Below are positions 1-8,681 of a stretch of 44,509 nucleotides of DNA, piece by piece (the stretch's first letter is position 1; every line of letters starts with the position of its first letter). Where the stretch lies: the UHGV virus genome UHGV-0169625. One strand, written 5' to 3'. This DNA is from a virus. Both the position numbers and the translations under genes were made by a program. Under the pieces are notes generated by a model that did no database searches, had not been told where the DNA came from, and saw nothing but the letters and a program-made list of their open reading frames with translations.

Positions 1-1446
1 CGGGAAAGTTCCGTCTAAAGTGCGGGTCATATCGTTCAAATCAAGACCTAAGTTTTTAGCAAACGTGACGAAAGCACCGACACCCCCCGCGTAGCCGAGG
101 CCCAGAACCATTGCTTTGGCTATTTGTCTTTGGTCCTTTGTTACATCCTCATAAGCAACGTTGAACACCGTTGATGCGAGTTTCTTATACACATCAACCC
201 CGTTTACAAATACTTCGATTAAATCGTCTTCGCCCGCCAGCCACGCAAGCCCACGGCCTTCAACGTTAGAGTAATCGGCGACGACAAACTTGTGCCCAGC
301 TTCCGGTATGATGCAGCTACGTACCGTCGATGCCGTTAGCTTGGCTACATCGAAACGGCGATGAGCGCGACCCTTAAGTAACGCTGAAATTCCTTTATCC
401 AGTTCATCATCGTGATAGTACCCGCGCGCCAGGTTCTGTGGCTGGAAGCCTTTACCTGCAAATCGTAACGTACGCTTTGCCCCGCCATACTGTATGCAAC
501 CACGGCGACGGTCGTCAGAAGAACGGCCCAACAGCAGTGGGTTATATTTAGTTGATGCAGTTGAAGCAGCCCCGAGGCGCATTTCGATAATCGTACGCGC
601 ATCGTCCGGTAAATCATCATCTGCCAGCAGGTCATTCAGCGTCGACTTCTGCGCGTTGTGGATACGGTGCGCCGGTGCGAGTTCGCGAAGAATCGGAAGG
701 AAGTCTTTACCAGTAAGAGAGCCGCCGTATTTGCGCTGGGCTTCTTCCTGTAACTGTGCCTTGTGCTTCTCCACGGCCTCGATAGCGGCTTCCGCCAGTG
801 CGACGTCAACCTTAAACCCGCGGTCGTTGATTAACTGGTCAAGTTCCAGTACACGGTCTTCGAACTCGGAGTTACCCCACCGCGGCAGCTTATGGAAGAC
901 TTCACGCATCGCAGTGATGTCGCTCACGGCGTACTTGATGAACAGCGCCCACTCGTCCGGGTGTGTTTCTGCGGTGTAGCGGCGGATTTTGTAATTCTTC
1001 GGTGTCGGTTTAGAGAAACGCTGAATCAGCGCCTTGCCGCGTTTATCTTTTGCATTGTCAGCATACACGCCAAGCACTTCACACAGCGCATCAAGTGAAC
1101 CCGGCAGCGCGTGACGAAACGCCCAAATCATCGTATCAATGGTGTTGCTTACGGGAATATCAAAGCCCCAGCAGTGTTTCATGATGAGCCTGTCGAACAT
1201 TGAGCCGTTGTGCCACACCATCTTAATACGACTGTTCGGCTTAACCAGGCGGCGCAGTGCGCGGTGCAAATCACCCGGCATGTCGCTGCCGTCGGTGCAA
1301 TCCCATACCCGCACAGGCTCGTCGTCAAAAGCATATGTGCAGATAAGCACTTCGGTAGTCGGGTGTTCGGCGTAAGCGTAGGAGCCGACTTTCTTTAAAT
1401 CGATGCCGCTGTAGGTTTCAAAGTCTAGATAGAGTAATTCTGGCAT
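1..1446 (-). CDS. DNA polymerase, family A (Pol I-like): N-terminal part with 3'-5' exonuclease domain through motif B; partial, runs off left edge
   Basis: ATG at 1446 (minus) with AAGGG upstream; translation MPELLYLDFETYSGIDLKK (Exo I DxE motif); near position 100 the same frame encodes RQIAKAMVLGLGYAGG (motif B); no stop before position 1, so absent from the ORF track. Confidence 0.85.
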   Translation of the reverse strand, partial: MPELLYLDFETYSGIDLKKVGSYAYAEHPTTEVLICTYAFDDEPVRVWDCTDGSDMPGDLHRALRRLVKPNSRIKMVWHNGSMFDRLIMKHCWGFDIPVSNTIDTMIWAFRHALPGSLDALCEVLGVYADNAKDKRGKALIQRFSKPTPKNYKIRRYTAETHPDEWALFIKYAVSDITAMREVFHKLPRWGNSEFEDRVLELDQLINDRGFKVDVALAEAAIEAVEKHKAQLQEEAQRKYGGSLTGKDFLPILRELAPAHRIHNAQKSTLNDLLADDDLPDDARTIIEMRLGAASTASTKYNPLLLGRSSDDRRRGCIQYGGAKRTLRFAGKGFQPQNLARGYYHDDELDKGISALLKGRAHRRFDVAKLTASTVRSCIIPEAGHKFVVADYSNVEGRGLAWLAGEDDLIEVFVNGVDVYKKLASTVFNVAYEDVTKDQRQIAKAMVLGLGYAGGVGAFVTFAKNLGLDLNDMTRTLDGTFP

Positions 1447-1463
1447 GGTATTTTGACCCTTAG

Positions 1464-1486
1464 TAAAAAGGCCCAATGAAGGGCCT
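1464..1486 (-). terminator. intrinsic terminator-like hairpin between SSB-like gene and polymerase start
   Basis: minus-strand stem AGGCCC/GGGCCT, 6-nt loop, then UUUUU; lies about 18 nt upstream of the polymerase ATG so may attenuate rather than fully terminate. Confidence 0.4.
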
Positions 1487-1506
1487 TAGTTAAATTAATT
1501 CAGATA

Positions 1507-2133
1507 TTAACGGCGACGACGTTCTCGGCGCGGTGCTTCATCTTCTTCTTCGTCTTCCAGGTCGTCGACACTTGCAGCTACTTTAGAACCGCCGAACGCT
1601 TTACCTTCGCCGACGTATTTAATAGCCAGCAGGTTAACGCCGAGGACTTTGTATTTCTGGCTGAACCAGATTTCAACGCTTACGTTAGCGACGCAGCCGC
1701 TGTAAACCTGTTCACCTTCAATCTGTTCCCCGTCTACGTTGAAGTCCTGTTCTACCTGAGTCTCACCCTTTTTAGAGGTTACGATCAGTGGCTGTTTCTG
1801 TGCCTTCGCTTTGAAGTAGAAGCCTTCCGGGAAGTCTTCAAACGGATTGTCGCGCTCGGCAATGTCTTTAATCGCGCATTTATCCATGTGCTTCCCTTCG
1901 CCGTAGTTGGACTTCATCCATTTCTCGGCAGCGGCTGCGCCTAACGCTTCTTCAACTACAGCGTAAACTGTGTCGTAGAGCGCGTCGATTTGCGCATGGT
2001 CAGACGACAGAATGATAGTCGCGCTGTACTGACCTTTAGTGATTGAGCCATCATCGTTTTCACGGTCTTTTTCGCGTTCGAATACGTTAACCCAAGCAGT
2101 GTTTACTTTACGCAGATTCAGTTTCAGTCCCAC
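1507..2133 (-). CDS. putative ssDNA-binding protein (T7 gp2.5-like architecture) with acidic then basic C-terminal tail
   Basis: 208-aa ORF, GTG start with GAGGG SD; C-terminus SVDDLEDEEEDEAPRRERRRR; sits in replication block; family assigned from recollection of pattern, not searched. Confidence 0.45.
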   Translation of the reverse strand: MGLKLNLRKVNTAWVNVFEREKDRENDDGSITKGQYSATIILSSDHAQIDALYDTVYAVVEEALGAAAAEKWMKSNYGEGKHMDKCAIKDIAERDNPFEDFPEGFYFKAKAQKQPLIVTSKKGETQVEQDFNVDGEQIEGEQVYSGCVANVSVEIWFSQKYKVLGVNLLAIKYVGEGKAFGGSKVAASVDDLEDEEEDEAPRRERRRR

Positions 2134-2196
2134 AGTTCAGCCCTCATTAAGTTTAGATTTTCAGTTTACTCCGGGAACTGCCCGGCCAGTGATTTA

Positions 2197-2225
2197 ACTA
2201 TAATAGTTAGCTATTCAGGTGTCAA
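2197..2225 (-). promoter_or_regulatory. sigma70-like promoter (leftward) with embedded palindromic operator
   Basis: minus strand TTGACA (2225-2220), 17-nt spacer, TATAGT (2202-2197); plus strand 2200-2217 reads ATAATAG-ttag-CTATTCA; about 57 nt upstream of the GTG start at 2133. Confidence 0.5.
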
Positions 2226-2229
2226 CACT

Positions 2230-2385
2230 TTATTTAAACGTTTCTTTTGTCATACGGATAATTTTCGCCGACTCGTCTCTAATTACCATACTGAATACAC
2301 GGTATACGGCTTTGCTCCGGCCTAGCTTTGCTCCGTTTCGGTGTTGTTGTAGATAGCTTTTATGCAGTTCTTGAATCGTGCTCAT
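2230..2385 (-). CDS. hypothetical small protein (51 aa)
   Basis: ATG at 2385 overlaps stop of upstream nuclease gene (ATGA), GGAGGA SD 7 nt upstream; track ORF 2230..2415 trimmed to this start. Confidence 0.4.
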   Translation of the reverse strand: MSTIQELHKSYLQQHRNGAKLGRSKAVYRVFSMVIRDESAKIIRMTKETFK

Positions 2386-3647
2386 TCCAAATCCTCCTCT
2401 GTTACCTGATTCCACTCAGGACGTTTGTCGTCCGCCGTTGCGACACATGGTGCACCCGGCTTACGTGTGATAAATGGCTCAAGCGCTGCCATCTCATCTG
2501 CCGAAAGAACTTTTGCCGCCTCCGTAGGGGACATCAATACCTCTTTTTTGAGAATGTCTCCGTGCGACACTTCAATCGCATCGGCGTCTTTCCACGCACG
2601 ATTACCAGGACGACCTTCTACCAGCTTGTACCCCGGTACTTTTTTACCGGAATGCAACGCAGCAGCCATCGCTTTCTCAACCTTGTCGATGTGCTGGCGC
2701 AACAACGGCAACTTCTCATACTCAGCTACAAGTTGCTCTGGCGTAAGTTCCAGTGCAAAGTCGTCTTCCAGTTCTTCCGCCAGTACATCGTTAACGGTTT
2801 TTGTACGCGCGGCGCACTGTTCCGAGAACCGACACCACTGACAACCGTCGACAGACGGCCGGAAGTCCGACGCTTTCAGGTTCTTCTTACCTCGGGAATA
2901 AGCATCAAGCGCTAACAGTGCTCGTTTCTGCGCGAACTTAGCGAACAGTTCCAGGCCTTCAACCGAGATGTCCCACTCCGACGCACCGCCCGCGTACGGC
3001 TGGAAGATGACCAGACGAACAGTCGTTATGTTATAACGTCTCTTGAGCCGGCGATAAACACCGAGAGCATAGAGCATAAGCTGCTTGTTTTCTTTCGCTT
3101 CGACACGATGCCGTCCAGTTTTCAGGTCGCCGATGATAAGCATGTGCTCGTCGGTGTTAGCCAGTTCCTGGACGGCAACAAGGTCAGCAGTTCCGAACGT
3201 CTCAACGCCTTCATACCCCGGATGCAACACCTCAGTAAGATTGACACGCATCTCGAGCTTCGCATAAGTCGCTACGTCGATAATCGGTTTGCAGTAGTCC
3301 GTGTACTTGCGCACCTGCTCAATCATGTCCGCCGTAATCAGTACCGCGCCTTTCATCGGACTGATTAGTGCCTTAATCTGACCTTTACCTTCATCCAGCA
3401 CGTAAGCGCCGACTTCACGCTCTAAAGGCAACGCAGTGCCTTTGATGTACTGGTTTAGATGGACCTCAGCTATGGTGTGCATGGCTGTACCTAATACAGC
3501 GGCTTTACCCGACGTGTTAGGAATATCTTTTTCACAAGCCAGAGATGCACTGCACGCCAGCCACTTTTTAGCGCCTGATGGTGACAGTAATGCGTGAACA
3601 TCGTTATTGCCACCGCGTTCCTTTAAAATCATACCCTGTTCTCCCAC
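2382..3647 (-). CDS. PD-(D/E)XK nuclease, Cas4/RecB-like (DUF2800-type) with 4-Cys cluster
   Basis: 421 aa; IIGDLKTGRHRVEAKENKQLMLYALG matches the D...ExK...QxxxY nuclease core; N-terminal Cys plus C-terminal CQWCRFSEQC resemble the Cas4 Fe-S cluster ligands; ends in acidic tail VTEEDLE. Confidence 0.6.
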   Translation of the reverse strand: MGEQGMILKERGGNNDVHALLSPSGAKKWLACSASLACEKDIPNTSGKAAVLGTAMHTIAEVHLNQYIKGTALPLEREVGAYVLDEGKGQIKALISPMKGAVLITADMIEQVRKYTDYCKPIIDVATYAKLEMRVNLTEVLHPGYEGVETFGTADLVAVQELANTDEHMLIIGDLKTGRHRVEAKENKQLMLYALGVYRRLKRRYNITTVRLVIFQPYAGGASEWDISVEGLELFAKFAQKRALLALDAYSRGKKNLKASDFRPSVDGCQWCRFSEQCAARTKTVNDVLAEELEDDFALELTPEQLVAEYEKLPLLRQHIDKVEKAMAAALHSGKKVPGYKLVEGRPGNRAWKDADAIEVSHGDILKKEVLMSPTEAAKVLSADEMAALEPFITRKPGAPCVATADDKRPEWNQVTEEDLE

Positions 3648-3901
3648 TGGTCAATTAAATGCCTGGTCTTGTGGTCGCAATGTAAGGCCCACCCATACAT
3701 CGACTCGAAGACATAAAAGTCAGGTTTGGCGAAAGTTGTGCGCTTAATCTGTGACACGTGACGGCCAATATCTTTATGCCGTGGTACTTTGCCTAAGTAC
3801 GCCATCTCTTCCATCTGGTGAGCACCGGACGGCGCACGCAATAGCCATAGCGCCTCTGTGTTATCCCGCCTGTCGACGGCGCGGTAGAGTTGGTAAATCA
3901 T
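3629..3901 (-). CDS. hypothetical protein (90 aa)
   Basis: track ORF in minus-strand operon, overlaps start of downstream nuclease gene by 19 nt; no recognisable motif. Confidence 0.35.
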   Translation of the reverse strand: MIYQLYRAVDRRDNTEALWLLRAPSGAHQMEEMAYLGKVPRHKDIGRHVSQIKRTTFAKPDFYVFESMYGWALHCDHKTRHLIDQWENRV

Positions 3902-3944
3902 AATTCCGACCCTCAGTTAAAGCGGCCCGAAGGCCGCGGGATAG

Positions 3945-4463
3945 TTATTCTTCTTCGAAATACTTGTTCTTGATTGCCATCAGGCGTTCCAGGTACTCGG
4001 CCAGGTCTTCGTCTTTAATCGCAGCAATCTTCATCTTCTTACCCGTGAACTCCTCCAGCAGTTCATCAGAATCGTCGCACGCGGCGTCGCTCGGGCCTTC
4101 GTTAATCGCATCGTCGATAGCCTGAATCTGGTCACGAAGAGACTGATAATCGACTTCCTTATCCTCTTCCGGCTCTGGCGTTGGTTCCTCTACTTTAGCT
4201 TTACGCGGCTTGCGTTTCGGCTTCTCTTCCTCCGCAGGTTTAGTGTCGACGATGTCTTCACCTTCAACCGGGATTTCTTTCGCCTTCTCGACTTCTTCAA
4301 GTGCTTTAGCCAGTTCTTTTTTAACTGTCTCTACCCCAGTTACCGCGACGTCAACAGTCAATTCACCTACAGATTTGCTAGTCGGTTGTTTCACACTGTT
4401 TGCAGCAATCAGTTCGTGGGCGACTACGAAACGTTCCAGTAATACTAAGAATTTCTCTAACAT
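3945..4463 (-). CDS. hypothetical acidic protein (172 aa)
   Basis: ATG at 4463 with GAGGAGAG SD; first gene downstream of leftward promoter 4495-4523; Glu/Asp/Lys-rich, ends YFEEE. Confidence 0.5.
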   Translation of the reverse strand: MLEKFLVLLERFVVAHELIAANSVKQPTSKSVGELTVDVAVTGVETVKKELAKALEEVEKAKEIPVEGEDIVDTKPAEEEKPKRKPRKAKVEEPTPEPEEDKEVDYQSLRDQIQAIDDAINEGPSDAACDDSDELLEEFTGKKMKIAAIKDEDLAEYLERLMAIKNKYFEEE

Positions 4464-4494
4464 TTGTTTCTCTCCTCTCGTTTGGTATGGGCTA

Positions 4495-4523
4495 ACTATA
4501 ATAGTGAACTATTCACATGTCAA
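4495..4523 (-). promoter_or_regulatory. sigma70-like promoter (leftward) with embedded palindromic operator
   Basis: minus strand TTGACA (4523-4518), 17-nt spacer, TATAGT (4500-4495); plus strand 4498-4515 reads ATAATAG-tgaa-CTATTCA. Confidence 0.55.
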
Positions 4524-4541
4524 TGGGCTTTTCTAAAATAA

Positions 4542-4559
4542 TTAATATGGTACTATTCA
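4542..4559 (+). promoter_or_regulatory. operator-like site overlapping extended -10 (TGgTACTAT) upstream of the HTH regulator gene
   Basis: TTAATAT-ggta-CTATTCA (degenerate copy of the recurring palindrome); TACTAT at 4551-4556 preceded by TG; weak -35; about 30 nt upstream of ATG 4588. Confidence 0.35.
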
Positions 4560-4587
4560 CATATCAACTAACTAAGGAGTAATTGTC

Positions 4588-4803
4588 ATGCAACCATCTG
4601 AACTAGGCATCCGTGTAGAAAAACGCCGTAAAGAACTCGGCATCTCCCAGCGCCGTCTGGCGGTGCTGACCGGGGTTTCCCAGGGCGCAATTAACCAGCT
4701 GGCACTTGGGGTAACCCAGGACGTCCGCCCGGCAACGCTGTTTAAACTGGCGGAAGTGCTGGAGGTAGACGCCAAGTGGCTGGCGCTAGGTGAAGGGGCT
4801 TAA
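4588..4803 (+). CDS. XRE-family (Cro/CI-type) helix-turn-helix transcriptional regulator
   Basis: 71 aa; ISQRRLAVLTGVSQGAINQLALG is a classic HTH_3 signature; AGGAG SD; the only plus-strand gene inside the minus-strand replication block, divergent from operator-bearing promoters. Confidence 0.8.
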   Translation: MQPSELGIRVEKRRKELGISQRRLAVLTGVSQGAINQLALGVTQDVRPATLFKLAEVLEVDAKWLALGEGA

Positions 4804-4820
4804 CGCCCCTTTCTTTTTAC

Positions 4821-7061
4821 CTATTCCAAATCCTCTTCTGTCACTACCAGCATTTCATTCGGTTCGTATATTGTCTTCGGTCTTAGTCTATCCCCTATTC
4901 TTTCAGGTATACGATACGTTCTCGGTACTACTTCGCCATTAGCATCACAGCCTAGCATTAGTTCACCATCTTTCAGCATTTTATCAAGATGGGTGTTAGT
5001 CACAGAAAAGTCACCGGAACGGGCCACTATCTGCTGCTGAGTAAAACCGCGACCTGTGTCATCTGACTGTTGCAGGTCTTCCAGTGCCGAAAGTATCGAC
5101 TCCTTCCTTACTTCATCCCTGCCGCGTTTAACTTCTTCCTTTACTTTTTGTTTACCTTCGTTAGTTAACCCTTCTTCCCGCTCCTTCTCCTCGTCAGTTT
5201 TGAACGGCTCGAAGCCCCACGGCATCAGAACAAGCGCCTTGTGTGGTTCCGGCAGGTCGAGGTTTACGATTGTGCCGTATTCCTCTGTGCTGCCCAGGAA
5301 CTCAACAGCACGGTACTCTTTCGGCGGTGGTGCTTCACGGAACTGTACAGACTCCAACACCATGCCAACCGTTTTCTGTTGAGGGCCGTGCTTAAATTTT
5401 GAGTGGTATACGTTTATCTGACGGTCGGTTGCGCGTTCAATTGTCAGTTCCACGTCGACCCCAGCATACAACGCCCCGCTGCCACGGGCTTTCTTTCCAC
5501 CTTTCGGTGTATGGTGGACAACACCCACCGCGGCTTTGGTTGCGTCGCGTACTTCTTTCAGGATGGCGATAACCTTACCCATGCCGATTGCCGTTGATGA
5601 ACTGTTCTCGTCGAACTTATCAATCGTCAGGGCCAGTGTCTGGTTGAGAGTATCGAACGCGACCATGCCGATGGGTTCGCCACCCGCAGTTTCTCGCATT
5701 AGCTTAATCAGGCTTTTCAGTTTGCCAACTTCGCCCATATCGATGACATGTACATAATATTTACCTTCCTCGCCGTATTTAGCCGCGAGTGCATCAATAC
5801 GGGTGCGTGTGGCAGCACCGCCCTCGCCGTCAATATAGAAATGGTGGCAACGCTGTGTATCAGCGCCGGCAAACCGGTACCCGGCGGCGCTCAGGTACAT
5901 CATCCCCAGCGTATAGAAGGATTTGTACGTGCCGGATTCCCCGACGATGTCCCAGATGCAATCCGAGGGCATGTACCCTTCAACGACGAAATCAGCCTTT
6001 ACCGGTTCAGGTAACTCGTCCTCCTCTGAGCCTTCGTCATCTTCCAGGTCGTCCAGGCTGCATGAAACGGACTCTCGCGCACCCCAACCGATAGCCTCTG
6101 CTACTTCACTGAATGGCAGCCCGGTCGCATCGCACGCATACTTCCACACCTCTTTCGGTGACATGCCTTCGGTTGCCGTAATGTCGGTGTCGTGAATCAT
6201 GGTTACGTTTGGCGCGGCGTAACCCTCTCGCGGAAAGCACAGCAGGAAATCATCCGGGCGTGGCGTCGGGTCGCTGTAGTTTTCTGCGTGTTCTGGTGTG
6301 GCAGGCATTTTAAGGCCGCGGGGTGTCATAATACCGCCATACTCGAATGCCAGTGCTTCAAACGCATCGGTAAACGCAGTGCGCAGTTCTTCCGGTATCT
6401 GGTAATCCGATGCGCTGCTAACGTCAACGGCGGGGATGCCTTCCAGCAGTTCTTCCGGGTCAATCAGGTCGTTGCGGCGCGACCAAATAACGGTAGAGCC
6501 AACCGGCGGCAGGTACATCGGCTGCGACAGAGTGAACCCGCTGCGGTCAGCGCCCATGCCTTTGAAGAAGTGCTCGAGCAATCCGTGGCGAACGCGGATG
6601 ATGTCGCCACCTTCGACCGGGCGACCAAGCGGCATAACGACGCGAAAGCGCGGTGACCCATCGGTATGTGATGCCGTGGTATAGAGGCACATGGCCAGGC
6701 GGCTGCGCTTAACCAGGTGCACAGCTTCCTGATACTCTTCCGGCGTTGCACTGTCGAAGTCCAGGTAGGCCAGTGATGATTTGCTTACAGAGGCGTCGCA
6801 GCGATAGAAGAAGCCTTTACGCGCTTGCTTAAAGTCCCCGGTTTCCTGGTCTTTTACGGTGCTGTGTGTTGAGTCGCACGCGGCTGTGATATAGCCGGGC
6901 GCGGTCTTAGGGTTAACCCCATCACGAACAGCATCGAGCGGCCGGATTAACTCTTTCAGGTCGTCCAGTGTTGCCGTGTGTGTGGTTCTGACGTTTATAT
7001 CCTTTTTCTCTGCCCGCGCGTTGCGACGAGACCACGAGTAGGATAAAATTACATCGGACAT
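4821..7061 (-). CDS. putative primase/replicative ATPase (prim-pol-like N-terminal domain plus P-loop-like ATPase domain)
   Basis: 746 aa; LAYLDFD (DxD) and TASHTDG resemble archaeo-eukaryotic primase motifs; central GESGTYKS P-loop-like and VHHTPKGG segments; ends in VTEEDLE; assignment by motif only. Confidence 0.5.
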   Translation of the reverse strand: MSDVILSYSWSRRNARAEKKDINVRTTHTATLDDLKELIRPLDAVRDGVNPKTAPGYITAACDSTHSTVKDQETGDFKQARKGFFYRCDASVSKSSLAYLDFDSATPEEYQEAVHLVKRSRLAMCLYTTASHTDGSPRFRVVMPLGRPVEGGDIIRVRHGLLEHFFKGMGADRSGFTLSQPMYLPPVGSTVIWSRRNDLIDPEELLEGIPAVDVSSASDYQIPEELRTAFTDAFEALAFEYGGIMTPRGLKMPATPEHAENYSDPTPRPDDFLLCFPREGYAAPNVTMIHDTDITATEGMSPKEVWKYACDATGLPFSEVAEAIGWGARESVSCSLDDLEDDEGSEEDELPEPVKADFVVEGYMPSDCIWDIVGESGTYKSFYTLGMMYLSAAGYRFAGADTQRCHHFYIDGEGGAATRTRIDALAAKYGEEGKYYVHVIDMGEVGKLKSLIKLMRETAGGEPIGMVAFDTLNQTLALTIDKFDENSSSTAIGMGKVIAILKEVRDATKAAVGVVHHTPKGGKKARGSGALYAGVDVELTIERATDRQINVYHSKFKHGPQQKTVGMVLESVQFREAPPPKEYRAVEFLGSTEEYGTIVNLDLPEPHKALVLMPWGFEPFKTDEEKEREEGLTNEGKQKVKEEVKRGRDEVRKESILSALEDLQQSDDTGRGFTQQQIVARSGDFSVTNTHLDKMLKDGELMLGCDANGEVVPRTYRIPERIGDRLRPKTIYEPNEMLVVTEEDLE

Positions 7062-7119
7062 GTTGTATTTCCTTCAGCAAGTAATTTGGCCTCGGCGTTC
7101 ACCGCGTCGGGGCTTTCTT

Positions 7120-7353
7120 TTATTCCAGGTCTTCTAAAGTAGCGGTCATTCCGCGAACTTCAGCAACGGCGCTATATTTCCCGCCAACATTTTTCACGAC
7201 ACCAGATTTAACCAGCACCTTCAACGACCCTTCAATAATGGCTGAACTATAGTACTTAAAATAACTACGGCGCAAGTCAATAACGCTACACGACCCTTTT
7301 TTACGTGTTAACGAAACGACTGCTGTAAATACGCGTGACTGAAACTCGGTCAT
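7120..7353 (-). CDS. hypothetical protein (77 aa), C-terminus LEDLE
   Basis: track ORF, start overlaps upstream gene stop; no domain recognised. Confidence 0.45.
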   Translation of the reverse strand: MTEFQSRVFTAVVSLTRKKGSCSVIDLRRSYFKYYSSAIIEGSLKVLVKSGVVKNVGGKYSAVAEVRGMTATLEDLE

Positions 7354-7520
7354 TTCACGTTCTCCTTAATCCATGCTTCCACTTTCTCCGGGTCAAACGT
7401 ACCTGGCTGACGACGGCCCATAATGCGGATGCAGCAATCCGGGAACTTCCCGCTCTTTAACCAGTTATTCAGCGTGCGACGGGTAACCCCGATACGCTCA
7501 GCTACCTCATTCTGTGTCAT
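7350..7520 (-). CDS. AlpA/Xis-like HTH DNA-binding protein
   Basis: start moved to ATG at 7520 (MTQNEVAERIGVTRRTLNNWLKSGKFP...EAWI) because the predicted -10 overlaps the track start at 7553; GAGGG SD. Confidence 0.6.
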   Translation of the reverse strand: MTQNEVAERIGVTRRTLNNWLKSGKFPDCCIRIMGRRQPGTFDPEKVEAWIKENVK

Positions 7521-7552
7521 TCTCAAACCCTCATTATTAGTTAACGAAACCA

Positions 7553-7581
7553 AGTATACATTGCGAATAATGGGAAATCAA
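7553..7581 (-). promoter_or_regulatory. sigma70-like promoter (leftward) for the minus-strand early operon
   Basis: minus strand TTGATT (7581-7576), 17-nt spacer, TATACT (7558-7553). Confidence 0.45.
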
Positions 7582-7960
7582 ACATAATCGCACCTATTGA
7601 CATTATGAAAATCTTCGTTTAAGGTGCTTCTATATCTTAGTTACTTTGATTCCTGTTCACCTTGTAAAACCGCTTAAAACGCAGCTGCGCGCAGCGCAAG
7701 CAAAGTGTTAAGCGAAAGTTTACTGAACACGAGAATTATCGTAACTTTCCTTCCTAAGTATCTCCGGTTGCCCTGGGCAAGCTCTATTCACATCGGCAGC
7801 ATATCTCTTAAGTATCTGATTTTCTTAATGTGCCGTAGATTCGCAACCGTAAAAATGTAACGATTATTGGGCAGGCTTAGGGCCTGCCCTTTAGTTACCA
7901 AGTAATAAGAATAAAGGCACAACCTTCCCAGAAGAATCACAACGGCAACGTAACTATCTC

Positions 7961-7989
7961 TTGCACGCCCCAACATAATAGGATACTAT
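7961..7989 (+). promoter_or_regulatory. sigma70-like promoter (rightward) with embedded palindromic operator
   Basis: TTGCAC (7961-7966), 17-nt spacer, TACTAT (7984-7989); 7975-7992 reads ATAATAG-gata-CTATTCA; about 35 nt upstream of ATG 8024. Confidence 0.5.
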
Positions 7990-8023
7990 TCACTTATCGA
8001 AACGAGACAGAGGAGTGAGGGTT

Positions 8024-8215
8024 ATGTTTAAGAAGGGTCAGTTGGTTAAATGCGCCGACGGTAAACACGGTGTGATTGAATTAAAATCCGCTTTATTTCC
8101 GGGAGAGTACCTAGTTACTGTGCAAAAGGTGAGAGGAGTAAATTCGGCGGCATACGTAGCGGAAGAGAATTTAAAACTCATCGGCAACAATTTTAAATTC
8201 AAAGAGGTGAAGTGA
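8024..8215 (+). CDS. hypothetical early protein (63 aa)
   Basis: ATG at 8024 with AGGAGTGAGGG SD; first gene of plus-strand early operon. Confidence 0.5.
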   Translation: MFKKGQLVKCADGKHGVIELKSALFPGEYLVTVQKVRGVNSAAYVAEENLKLIGNNFKFKEVK

Positions 8216-8424
8216 TGGAAGAATTAATTTGCGTGAAAAGTAAATTAACGGAGTTTAAGCCGGGGCGTTTATACAGCAGTTACCCAACACCTGATTACGA
8301 TTATGTTATTGATGAAACAGGAGGCGAATGGGTAGTTGACCAGTTCGGAGATGATGAGTTCGGTATATTTGATGGTGGACTGAGAGCCTCATTCACAACG
8401 GCATCGGATAAAGAGGCGAAGTGA
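8212..8424 (+). CDS. hypothetical early protein (70 aa)
   Basis: track ORF, start overlaps upstream stop (translational coupling). Confidence 0.45.
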   Translation: MMEELICVKSKLTEFKPGRLYSSYPTPDYDYVIDETGGEWVVDQFGDDEFGIFDGGLRASFTTASDKEAK

Positions 8425-8627
8425 TGCAAGAATTATTTGAAGAACTGAAACATCATGAACTAGAAGAAGTGCATTTCATAATTGGCCATTACAAAGTCAC
8501 TTTATTAGACGGTACAACCATTTCTTCAGGGGCAAGTGACGATTTGTTGAAATTTTTACGTTTACTACGAACGGCATCGAATCATGATGCGAGTGTCGAC
8601 GACTCTGAGGGAGGTTGCCGTGAATAA
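8421..8627 (+). CDS. hypothetical early protein (68 aa)
   Basis: track ORF, start overlaps upstream stop. Confidence 0.45.
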   Translation: MMQELFEELKHHELEEVHFIIGHYKVTLLDGTTISSGASDDLLKFLRLLRTASNHDASVDDSEGGCRE

Positions 8628-8681
8628 GTTTGTTTTAATCATCAGCGCCGTTTATGTGGTGCACGCGTTGCGGGGGTTAGT

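Noticed and set aside
1-6. Identical CGGGAA at both window ends as a terminal repeat
   Set aside because: Six nucleotides is too short to call a biological terminal repeat; more likely a residual assembly overlap of a circular contig or coincidence within the polymerase coding sequence
494-1398. Plus-strand ORFs (494..979, 892..1098, 1139..1375, 1210..1398) and minus ORF 345..635 at the left edge
   Set aside because: They lie antisense to or out of frame with the DNA polymerase reading frame, which carries clear exonuclease and motif B signatures
7788-7976. 62-aa minus-strand ORF in the divergent control region
   Set aside because: No SD, overlaps predicted promoter and hairpin elements, hydrophobic low-complexity sequence; more likely regulatory DNA
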